Source of the DNA: Botryllus schlosseri
Lineage: Eukaryota
Direction of reading: 5' to 3'
DNA: 64,000 bases
Assembly (NCBI GenBank): GCA_051294905.1
Contig: CM119372.1
Location: 38,566,001 to 38,630,000 of the forward strand
A program made the translations under genes and the position numbers. Each line of letters begins with the position of its first letter. The first letter of the stretch is position 1. Of this stretch, positions 53,102-64,000 are shown one piece after another. The notes under the pieces were generated by a model. It was not told where the DNA came from and ran no database searches. It worked only from the letters and a program-made list of their open reading frames with translations.

Positions 53102-54083
53102 CAGGAACGGGCAACACGACTAGCGGGCCGGATCCGGCCCGCGACGTGACTTTGAGCGGCCCGCAGAGAGTTTCCGCTAGTACATATGATAATGTGGCCC
53201 AAGGCCACAGTCAGCCGTAATCACCCACTACATATCAAATTGCAGTGACTGTAGGTTATTCTTTAGCGTACGTGTCTGTGGGTAAGCGAGTGGCGCAGTG
53301 TGCTAATCGACATCGTCACGACACCATCAATATGGTTGCCGGTTCGAGTTTCGGCTCTGCCATGTTTCTATGAGCGGAAAAAGACCTCTAAAGACAAGGA
53401 CTCATGAAATTACTGTGCGTGCGCAAATGACCCAAGTATTGATAAGCGCCAATTGTGTTAATAAAACAAACAATAACGGCGTTCGTGAGTGAGTAGCGTG
53501 CAAGAGTGGAGCTTACGCGTAAGCTCGTCATCGACGACACGAAAAGGCTTGCCTCACCGGCATTTACGTGTGTACTCAACCCTAATGAATTGACATCTTC
53601 GTAATTTTGAACCAACTCTTGAACCCTCCTTCGTATACAATATATTACACAGGGGTGCACATCATGCGACCCGTCGTTACAGTCACAGCCACAATTCTCT
53701 ACTACTTGCTCACTACGTCAAATTATAATGACTGTAGGAGTGTAGGTTATTCATTCTTTTTTCGGACATAAATAATAGCGTTTTTAGTTATTCCTTGGTA
53801 CTTTGTTTTCCTTGGGTGCGACATGTCGCCAGAGCTCAAAGAACTTGGTAACAACATTGATCTACCGCAGATCGACTTCAACAGCTATTGAAATTCATTA
53901 CGTTTTAGTAAATTCATTGAATACTGTTTTGGTTTCTATGCTTCAAACTTATAAGGTTAAACACGATTAATCCTTGTGCAGGTGGATGAATACACGTTTT
54001 TTGTATCGATTCAGGATTTTGGCCTGCAAAGTACTTCATTTCCCCATATCCTGCCCGCCGACTGGAGCAGTTGCCCGCACCTG
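53102..54083. mobile_element. hAT MITE upstream of IRF
   Basis: Ends caggaacgggcaac/gttgcccgcacctg; TSD gcctaggc. Confidence 0.8.
53285..53477 (+). mobile_element. tRNA-derived SINE
   Basis: A box tggcgcagtg, B box ggttcgagt, 3' gataagcgcca and A-rich tail. Confidence 0.65.
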
Positions 54084-54215
54084 GCCTAGGCCACGGTTGG
54101 TGTCTGATTCCAAAGACTACAAAGTCGTTTCGACACCTTCCTTTTTTCTCCTTGTATCGCAATTTTTGTAGTGTATTGAAATGATAGAAATTGCTAATAA
54201 AACAGCCAACACACA

Positions 54216-54372
54216 GAAACCGAGCTGAACAGGACGGACAGGTCCGTCCGACCGACCGTATAAGTGACATGACGAAGTTAGTTTCCGATTATTACCAATG
54301 GTATTCGTGACTCACGTCAGCTAGTCGGGTATTCCCCTTATCCGCTCTGGTGTCTGGTGAGGTGATTTCCCC
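54216..54372 (+). promoter_or_regulatory. Putative immune-inducible promoter of IRF
   Basis: GGGTATTCCCC (54327) and GGTGATTTCCCC (54361) are NF-kB-like; TGACTCA overlapping ACGTCA (54308) is AP-1/CRE-like; GAAACCGA (54216) is an IRF half-site. Confidence 0.5.
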
Positions 54373-54505
54373 GTGTCCTAACAATTTTCTCTGCTCGCCT
54401 TTTTCATCCATGGTGTAACCAGCTGTCTTTTAATGGGTAAAGTGGTGCCAAACCTGTCAAAACATGTCGATTGGACTCTACGAGTAGGTACATTAACTAT
54501 AAATC

Positions 54506-56038
54506 ATGGCTGCCGGCGACGAAACGTTCAAACTGCCCATGAGAATATGGCTTTGTGATTTGGTCGACAAGGCGAAGATTCGCGGTTTGGAGTGGTACGA
54601 CCAGGAAAAACGGCATATCAAAGTACCGTGGGCTAAGCGGCACGAGCCGGGCTGGGAGAATTGTGAAGAAGTCGTGACCGAGTGGGCTAAACATCAACAC
54701 CGCGAGGAAAAGAAAGGTGTCAAGTCCGATTTTTCAACGTTGAAGGCCAACTTCAGAAACGCGATCCACAAATCGGAAGATTTCACCGAAGTAAAAGAGC
54801 TGTCTCAACTCGACAGACAGACTGGAAACTTTAAAGTGTACAAGCTATTCACCCGAGCGGAGGTGGAGCAGAAAAAACTAGAGAAAAAACAGGAGGGCCG
54901 TAAACGTAAAACAGCAGCGAAATCTCCATCAACAGGAAAGCTTCTCTGCAGCCCGCACAATTACGATGATGGCATGCTAAAAGACGTGCCTGAAAAAGAC
55001 TTGAACTTGCCACTCAACACGACGCAATCTCTGATCGCAGCTGATTTGCTGGAACTGCAAAATGTCAGTTTCGCTGCAGCGTCCGGTAATAATATTGCTT
55101 CTCCTGTTTATCACCAGCAAACTACGAATGGTACAACTTTTCAGGATCAGGACTTTGAGAATATGTACCCAAGCACTACGACAGTTCCTACGCCGTGTAC
55201 CAGCGACGGCAGTCTTGTTGATCCTTTGTCTCAAATTATCCAAGACCACGGTATCCATCCATGTACCGGAGATATCACCGCTACAGGGTTCCTTCACAGC
55301 CAAAAAGTGGATGCAGAGAGTCTTTTAAAAGCTTTTGATGTCAAAATCAATGACATCCGTCGATGCAGGCTAACAGTCACATATAACAGCGGTCAGGTGT
55401 TGGATAACGAATTGCGAGACACATTCCCTGGCTACAGACTACATTATGGTGACGAGAAAGACTTGAAGCAGGCGTTGGAATATCACCAGCACGGCCGCCA
55501 AGTTTCAGAAATAGACCCAAATGATTTTAAATATCAATCAGTCCGGTTGCCTAATCCAAAAAGCGAGTACACACATCTTCAGGGTATCCTGAATGTTACA
55601 GAGCTGGGTTTAACTTTCCGCTATGATCCCGCAAGCTATTCGTTTTATATGAAGAGACTTTGTCAAAGTCAAATATTCTATCTTGACCCGCACACGCGGA
55701 TGGGTTGTCAACAGCCCATTAAAATTGAGAGAAATCAAGAAATATGTATTTTCTCATATGAGAGGTTTTTACAGTCTGTGTCAAAAGCTATACAGGAAGG
55801 CAACTGCAATCATCTGGCTCTGTACCCGATGCTTCAACTCTCTATTGGATCAAAATCCAACCTGGAATTACAAAATCCCAGTCCTCGGGGAATCAAAGTG
55901 ACGATATACATCTGCTGCCTGAAAGGTTTCTTTGAAGAAAATGATATTAACGGAGAGCTGTCCATTAAACTCAGCACGCCCAACGAAATGGAGCAAATTC
56001 TACATCGATTGAAGAACATGAGGATGGACACAAATTAG
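54506..56038 (+). CDS. IRF: Interferon regulatory factor family transcription factor (DNA-binding domain + IAD), intronless, 510 aa
   Basis: N-terminal tryptophan-repeat DBD (MRIWL...GLEW...VPW...EWA...KANFR..I.KS...KVYKL) and C-terminal IAD/SMAD-like domain (LTVTY..., YMKRLCQSQIFY, KIERNQEICIFSY..F). Specific orthologue not assignable. Confidence 0.95.
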   Translation: MAAGDETFKLPMRIWLCDLVDKAKIRGLEWYDQEKRHIKVPWAKRHEPGWENCEEVVTEWAKHQHREEKKGVKSDFSTLKANFRNAIHKSEDFTEVKELSQLDRQTGNFKVYKLFTRAEVEQKKLEKKQEGRKRKTAAKSPSTGKLLCSPHNYDDGMLKDVPEKDLNLPLNTTQSLIAADLLELQNVSFAAASGNNIASPVYHQQTTNGTTFQDQDFENMYPSTTTVPTPCTSDGSLVDPLSQIIQDHGIHPCTGDITATGFLHSQKVDAESLLKAFDVKINDIRRCRLTVTYNSGQVLDNELRDTFPGYRLHYGDEKDLKQALEYHQHGRQVSEIDPNDFKYQSVRLPNPKSEYTHLQGILNVTELGLTFRYDPASYSFYMKRLCQSQIFYLDPHTRMGCQQPIKIERNQEICIFSYERFLQSVSKAIQEGNCNHLALYPMLQLSIGSKSNLELQNPSPRGIKVTIYICCLKGFFEENDINGELSIKLSTPNEMEQILHRLKNMRMDTN

Positions 56039-56682
56039 TCTAGATCACAGCCACACAGAAGTGAGAGTTTAATATCAATCTAGTCGATTTTATCCACCCA
56101 AACCACTTATTGAAGCAATTTTGTTCCAAGACCACTGATTGGCAAATAACGTATGAAGAAGTATCTCTTGATAACTCGAAAGGTTGTTGATGGCAGGTCC
56201 GAGGCATTGCTGCAAACTAATATTCCAGGACAATCATTTGTACATGGTAGGCATAGGCACTCTTTAAACCTTTGCATTGTAAGTTAAGAAAGGACTGCTC
56301 TTGGAAGGGACTATTTTTAATGATTGAATGGTCTGGAATGATGTTAGATGTGGTATACCAAATGAAGGCTCTTCAATTTTAATCGTGCAAATTCTAACCA
56401 TAGCCTACCCATACTGGAATACCCGTATATTACTTTTACCGGAATCAGGATATTTGTTGTATACGAATGCAACTCAGTGTCATGTTACCATGTAGGCCTA
56501 CAATTTATTAGGTTATATTTAAGTTGATCCCGTCGCTTAAAAGCACATTCTCACGTAACAGTTCCTTATTGGTTTACGATTTTACCAAGATTGACTTTTT
56601 CAATAGATGTGTTGGTGTTGTTGCACTCGTTAGTATAATGTAGATTGCAAGGATTGTTGCCGTCAAAATATTAGCTGTGACT

Positions 56683-57587
56683 CAGTGTTGGGATGACTCG
56701 AGTCAACTTTTTCGTATGACTTGACTCGAGTCACTTTGCAAAAATGACTTGACTTGGCGCTTCAGAAATGTGGATTGACTCGTGACTCGGAGCAGCATTT
56801 ACGAGTCAATTTCAAGTCACCAATAAATAAATTGTGTCGACTAAATCACTGTGTGTATGTTCGGATAATTCCCGATACGCCAGTGGCGCGAGAGCAACCA
56901 GTCATTCACTTATTGTATGTTCCACTTCCACTGACCTTCCATTGCTACATCACAACTAAATTGGCCGCAAACGAAATGATCAGAGCTTGCGTTGCTGTGG
57001 TAGTAGTAGATTAATCGAATAGCTAGGTTTCTTAGATGGCGCGGTGCTAACCTTTACCAACCCTCTTGTATGACTTAAATCGAATGAATATAGGTTATGC
57101 GTTTACATTCTCACAGATGTGTAGATGGGTAGTGTATTGTACCATAACATATCAATTTGTTTAAACTTTTCACGGCTTCGTATTCGGCCCTCTGTTTTGG
57201 CTGATAATAACAGACTGTAGCATGCAACTATTCAGTTACTCACGTATTTAGTGCGAAACAACGCCTTTTTGCTTGTATATTTACCCTTATATTCGTTGTT
57301 TGGTTCAAGATGAAGGTTTATTATTCTGTTTGTCACACAGCTGGCAAAATGTTACGACTTTGAACCATCACTCATCCTTCGAAAATTCAATTTGACTTGA
57401 ATTGTGACTTGACTTGACTCGAGTCACCTCCAAAAATCGAGTGACTTGACTTGACTCGAGTCACCTCCAAAAATCGAGTGACTTGACTTAAGTCACCTTC
57501 GAAAATCGATTGACTTGACTTGAGTCAAAATCTGCAATGACTCGAGATGACTCGTGACTCGAAGGTAGTGGCTTGATCCCAACTCTG
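56683..57587. mobile_element. GACTCGAGTC-rich hAT MITE
   Basis: TIR cagtgttgggat/atcccaactctg; TSD ctgtgact. Confidence 0.92.
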
Positions 57588-59990
57588 CTGTGACTAGACA
57601 GTGAATTCTTGTGTTGATCAAGTTTATTTTTTGGTGTTCCGTTCACACATATCTCCATTCAGATTGCATGTCAACTCATTTTCTTTTGAGTTCGAATTTG
57701 TCAGCAACAGGAAATTGGTTGCTATGTTACTTCAAGTCTCGCCACGGTTCGATAGTGCGTAATGAACTATTCATAACTTGAAGTTGGGTTAAGATGGTAG
57801 TTATTCTATAGGTATGTTTTCATAGATATGATTCTGCACACATTGAAAGGGGCTCACTGTACTGTACAGGGTTGCAATTCCAGCCTATACCGTACAGTTA
57901 TCGTATTGTGGATATGATATAATAAAATATTCTTGTATATATCGCTTGATTTTATGAGATTATACATTAGAAGATCATATTATCAAGATATGTGGACATA
58001 CTGGACATTTTAATTTGCAAGTTTACTAGGCCGATACCATACAGAGATCATGATTTATAGGCACAGTTCGACAAGGTATAAACTAAGCTTTTAAAAGTTG
58101 AGCTTTAGGGTGCCTGAAATCAGACGTGACAAGGCAGTACCATCCACCATATCTATGTAGCCTACGACTTGCCATGCAATGAACGCTTTACCTAGATATG
58201 CACGGCTTATAAATTCTGCAGATTTTCACTTGCAATTGTATTTACACTGCTGAGATGACTCACCTAGATATGAAATTTGGCATTAGCTTGAAGGAGGATA
58301 ATGTAGGCTTATAGTGTACATCACCGCTGACCATGGTATGGCTATAAGTGCAGTTGCTATTAACTTTTCATTTAACACATTATTTGAAGCAATTCAAATC
58401 TCGCATGTTGCATAGAGTGATCTCATAGTAGTGTCTAGTCAAACACGTTGCTGCTAATGAGTTTATGACACAATAGGCCTACACCAGATTCATGTATCTT
58501 CAATTCGGCAGTATGGACATGGTCAGCAATGTTGAAGAATTTTGTTTGGAGAGGTCACACCAATGTCCCTGACTCTATATTGTTGCAGTGTTTAAATATC
58601 AGTATCAGTGTTAATACCTATCCTGCGAATTAATTTACTATTAATGATAGGCCTAGTAATAGAAAACCTATGTGTAATGAAGCAGTATACAGAAGAGTAT
58701 CGTATTTATTGCTGAATACATGTATGTATACAAATTTGCTCACACATTACGAATACACGAGACTGATAAGATGTACAGACTAGAAAAATTATTTCTATCA
58801 AAATACAGAGTTATGTGCGCAATAAATGAGTCTAATACTAATACCGGACATTGTGTATCGAGCTGGAATTAACAATCACAAAATCAAACACTATTTGCTA
58901 TAACGAATCTAGGTTGTGCAATACAGAGTATGAAGTAATCGACCACACAGTATTAGAGAAACATAGAAAGGTATGTTGAATACTAAATAAGCTACTTGTA
59001 AACATATAAATGAATCAGTTGGTGCAAACAATGCTGACAGAATTTTATCACTAATACATATACGCAGAGCAACCATCAAATAGTTCTATTATAAAGTCAG
59101 AATCAATACCGCGCTAGGTAAAGTGTGAAATGCCAAGGAAAATTTCCAGTCCAATAATATTTAACCTAGTGTCAATATATGAATGAGCAAATGTAAACAT
59201 TTTCATTAGAATAGACCTTTAAAGCTGAAACACCAGTATACAGAGATGAAGATAAACAGCACTTAATTGCTATCTACCAATATTACAGAAAGTATTTCGC
59301 TAAGTGCTAAGTAAGGCAAGATATATACAGTTACAAAAATATGAATTTTCCTGCAACAATGACACTTGACTTCAAATTGCAACAGTGGTTCACATGTTTT
59401 CAAACACAATAGCGGACTGTAATCTGACATCGAATAGGTGAAACTGAACAAGGGTAAGACAGTAGCCGAGAGAGACAGAAATTTCAATATTACGGGCCTT
59501 GTCGGAAGTGCAGTCACACACAATATTCCCTGAAATCACTGACTACTGATTTTTTCATAATCCATAGACGGACTAGCTCAAGGATTATAATTATTAACCT
59601 GGGGTTGATAACCCCTTAGGGCCCAAAGAGCAGTTTTAAGGGGTCCATGAAAGGTCAATGTCGAAGTCTCATTTTGAGCATATCGACGCCAAAAATAATA
59701 ATGATTGCACTCCAACTGATAATCAGGCCATTTCTTTTAGTCCCCAGCACCCTAATTCCACGATGACAGGTTCACAGAACCACCGAAAAAGATTTAGGAG
59801 TCCATGCTCACAAAAGGAGAGAGAAAACCTCTGGACTAGCTGATATATGTTAGCTGTTAAGAAGCCTGTGTACCATTCACTTACATTTGCGTTTGCAGTG
59901 AGTGTGCCTATTTAAAAAATAGTTCCAGGAGTTGAACGTATAAGACACATTCTATACGCTGGTGTGATACAGGACTTGGATTACGTATGT

Positions 59991-62331
59991 TTAGTAATAT
60001 CTTTTTGGCATGTGCGCCTCTGGCTGAAAAGAGACGTGGCTCGAAGACATGACAGATTGTCGCGCTGACGACCTATTGTCATTATCCTGCAGAAGTGCCA
60101 TCGCTTTGTCCAAATTCGTCCACATGTGATCTGGGTTGGTCGTGCTAAAAAAAGCACAAGTTACGATACCAAGAACAGACTAGTAAAAAATAAGTGGATT
60201 TTCAAAATACAGAACCACAACTAGAACTATCGTACGGTACTCATTTTCAAAACTGTCAACTACAACTAGAACTAACCATGCATCTAACTAAAACACAAAC
60301 AACTAACAACTGATAAAACTAATTAATTACTGACTTGCAAATGAGACGAGAAATACTGAAGATAGAATCTGTGTTTCAAGTTTGAAATGAGAGGGTCTCT
60401 AGACCCACCAAAACCCAGCCCTGGCTACGCCAGTGTAAATATTGATGACTTTGACCTAGCAATGATCGCACGAGCATCACACAACAGAACACAGATACCA
60501 CCATTCACGCCACACAATGGCACATGTTTACGTGTTGTTAAAAAACTAATTTTTCTCAAAATGAGCAAGTAGAACTAGAACTGGAACTACTGACGATATC
60601 AAAATGAACAACAAGAACTATTCACTTTTGAAAATCCACAAATAGAACTAAACTACTGAAAAGACCAATAGTTAGTTGACAGTCATCTAACCAGATTGGT
60701 CTGTCCAAGAAAGTTCGACTCTCTCTTGGCTATTGCGGTTGGGTTTCAAATGCAATTTCAGCTGTTCAATAGCCGAAAATAATTTCCAAAAGTACGACAG
60801 AAGCCAAAGTTTGCCTACTGTAGCATTTTCAGTGAAACCGGGAATTACATTAGATTTATAATGAAAGCATGGAATCATTTCACAAATTAGATTACCGCCG
60901 ATTTGCTGGAACTAGTTTAATTACACAACTATTTCAGACTTGTGACCGGGTCCCGAAATTGTCTTGCGCATTAGGGCTGTTCAAAAAAAACTTTTCCTTC
61001 AGATTTCACTTGCTACATGATAAAATTGTTAGATTGGTGAAGCAACGCTGCACACCAACTTTGGCTCAATTCCAACCACTAGAAGGGAAGATATTGCAAT
61101 AGAAAGTTTGAATTTATCATTAAAAATAAAATTTAAAAAGTTTTCTGTCAACCCAATGAAGTTGTTAGGCTGTCAGTAGAGACTATGCACACCAAATTTG
61201 GCAAAATTCCAACCACAAGAAACGAAGTTACTGCATTAGAAGTATTTCCAATTCCATGATTTTAAAATAAATAATCAAAGTGTTGGTCACCTTAAATACT
61301 ATTTTATTCCAATCCAAATTTTTCTACTGCAATATCTTCGCTTCTAGTGGTTGGAATTGAGCCAAATTTGGTGTACATCATCTCTACTGACAGCCTAACA
61401 ATTTCATGAGGTTAACGGAAAAACTTTGAATTTTTAGTTATATTTTTGATGATAAATTCAAACTTTCTACTGCAATATTTTCGCTTCTACTGGTTGGAAT
61501 TGAGCCGAAGTTGGTGTGCAGTGTTGTTTTAACCAACCTAACAATTTCCTCACATAGACAGTGAAATCTGAAGAAAAATTTCTTTTTTAAACAGCCCTGT
61601 TGCGCATACAAATATTCACCCGAAATATCCCGGCGGAAGGTTTTCTTTGGCTTGGCCCGGTCTATACACGTCCTTGAGTTCTTCGAGTAAAGACATGGCG
61701 TTCATCGTCCAATTGTCCTTCGGTTTTGCTTTAGTGGAGCTGAATACGCAAACGCAGACAATCAGCACACAAAATTTGAACATTCATTCACGCCACAAAC
61801 ATAGGTGATTACAATTTACGTCTTGTAGTCTGCTATCAACTCGAGCGGGTATTCTTTGAGACTACTCTCAATTGTACTTCTTTAGGTAAAACTAATTACT
61901 ATTAGACCTTACGAGTAAATATCGTAAGTAGACAACAAAACCTACTTTAGTGGGATTTTGTTACTGACCCCCTCTGTAAGATCTGCATTCTTTGAAATAC
62001 CTTAGTTTTTCAGACTTTGCTTGCTTATGCGTAGGATATTTTCCTTGTTTTACTTGATTATGGTCGGTTTTGATCTCATTCAGCAAACCCATCGCGTCAT
62101 CGATCCTGGCATCTACGTCGGCATCTAGTTTTCTGGGATGAATTAAATTATTTCCGTGAAATCCATTGGCACAGAAAGGAAGCTTGGCCTGAGTACTTTG
62201 ATTTTTTCTTGTTGAGTTCAAGTTGCTTTGACGTCATCCTTGGCGTTTTGGGTGGGATATTCGGTTTCTCAGACTGGAGTTCGTGGAGCGGCTGCATCGC
62301 ATCGCGCATTCTTTCGTCAACGTTGTCCGGG
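59991..62331 (-). CDS. Last four exons of an unrecognised spliced gene with one helical repeat per exon (62331-62197, 62132-62001, 61739-61620, 60144-59991)
   Basis: AG/GT boundaries, all phase 2, lengths 135/132/120 bp plus a terminal exon ending in TAA. Open frame throughout; repeats MRDAMQPLHEL, IDDAMGLLNEI, MNAMSLLEEL, LDKAMALLQD. Confidence 0.75.
60972..61599. mobile_element. Fold-back hAT-like MITE in an intron
   Basis: TIR tagggctgtt/aacagccctg extending as an imperfect palindrome with two ~120-bp internal units per arm; TSD ttgcgcat. Confidence 0.88.
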
Positions 62332-62795
62332 CTGCGAGAATTAGTAGAAATTTTAAAAAATATCAAAATTTAAATATTAAATTTATGAATATTTGGAACC
62401 AGCTTGAAAATATACCGCAACGATGGGTGTTGAAATGATTCTTTCCAAAACATACTCTTAGAGGTACAGAAGCACAATACACCATTGAATAACTCAGTTT
62501 GTGCGCATGACTCGACCAAGTCACGGGCCTGTGACCCGGCAAATTCTATATGGCTTATTCAAGACTCGTATATCGGGACCAACAATTGAAAAATAATCTT
62601 GGAAACAATCATTTATCTGTTTGGAGTGAGAAAAATGAGCACGTTATGAATCAGAGGCCCTTGATATCCGCCAAGAATTGACCAGAAGTGAGTGGAATCT
62701 GACTTGGACTCGGTGGTGAAATGAAAATGACTCAAATTCCAAAGTATAAAAGTCAAATTGACATGTGACTTGGAAACATTTGACATGGTTACAAC

Positions 62796-64000
62796 CAGGG
62801 CTTTGGAGCAGCCATAAATTTGCATTGCTCCAGCTCCGGAGCTTCCTTCTATCATACAGTAGCTCCGGCTCCAGCGCCGTATTATTACCACTGCTCCGGC
62901 TCTGAAAACTAACGAAGGTGTCTGTCTATATCAGTGGCGGGCAGCCCGCGGCCTGCGAGCCATATGTGGCCCGCAATAAGGTTTTGAGTAGCCCGCGAGC
63001 TAATTTCCCATTATATTATCGAACTTCCCTGTTATATTATCGAAATTGAATTGCTCAGATTGTGAACTTGCAAGACCAACCAAAAATATAATTAGTATGG
63101 CCGCGACACTTGGGATGTTGATGACTACAATATCAGTTCCGACGCATTGACAGATCCAGGGTCCAGTCACATTTTTAGAAAATCGTCTTACTTTACAATA
63201 AACTAAAAAAGTAGTAAAATAATTCTTCACGCATCGCGTGTTTAATTGTCACGCGATGTCTTTCTTTGTAGCCTACCCCCACCGGTAAATGAAAAAACGT
63301 CTTACTTAGCCGATTGAGAATTATATTCGCAATTACGAGAAAAAGTCTTTTCGCGTTTGCGCTCGCAGAAAGATCGTCGACGATGAAATGTTGGCACAAA
63401 ATGATTTTCGTATATTAGCGGAAATCTTCGATATCGATATTTTCAGATGCCGAATAGTCCTGCCTTTGCAAACTGAGCCCAGCGGGCGGTATACAGTCGA
63501 CCCGCAATATACACAAGTAAAAATAATATTAACTTTGAAAATTTACGCGCCTGGCGCGGTTAGTGGGCAGCGCACTCGTTCGTCAATTTCATGTGGCCCT
63601 TCAGCCGAAAAGGTTGGCTACCACTTGTCTATATAGACTATAGACTACTAATTTACCCGTAGGTTAATTATCTATGGTAATCTAGAGTCTGTCAGCCGTC
63701 AGTAACATCGGATGCATGAAGACATAGGTGCCGCCGTGCCGGCTTGTGACGACATAATGAATATTTGTCAATAGTCGATATCATAGTTGCACTAGAAAAT
63801 ACTTTACTCCGTGCCATTGCTGTTGTATAGCATTCAAATTCTGATGCGACACTGGCACTGTACTCGTTAACATTAAGCCATACAGCTCAATCCAATCTTT
63901 AAATATCCTATTATTATTGAACTGCAACTGTAGTAAGAGCAATATGGGCGGATATAACGACGTGATCAATAGAAATTCGATTTGTACCAAATGGCCAATG
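62796..64000. mobile_element. Second, inverted copy of the GGAGCC-rich element (runs off the window), with nested MITE 62932-63626
   Basis: Starts cagggctttggagcagcc, the reverse complement of the 52215 end; nested MITE TSD gtctatat. Confidence 0.85.

Noticed and set aside
51201..64000. Inverted segmental duplication around IRF
   Set aside because: Homology stops exactly at the transposon terminus (52215 vs 62796) with different flanks, so these are two TE copies.

Overview
AT-rich, transposon-dense genomic DNA from an animal, probably a marine invertebrate (an ascidian or other invertebrate chordate is a guess). The host genes are an intact intronless class-A GPCR (15458-16504, -), two GPCR pseudogenes, an orphan fibrinogen-domain exon, an intronless interferon regulatory factor (54506-56038, +) with NF-kB/AP-1-like upstream sites, and four 3' exons of an unrecognised repeat protein (59991-62331, -). 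The main feature is a 15,451-bp non-coding perfect palindrome (29406-44856). It has AGTAGT...ACTACT termini, a TGTACA duplication on both sides, a 44-nt telomere-like central loop and tRNA-Leu cassettes, which fits a non-autonomous fold-back Maverick/Polinton. It sits in a ~25-kb nest of hAT, P-like, SINE and R4/Dong elements whose empty-site version is visible in a second copy at 62796-64000. All calls were made by eye, without database searches.
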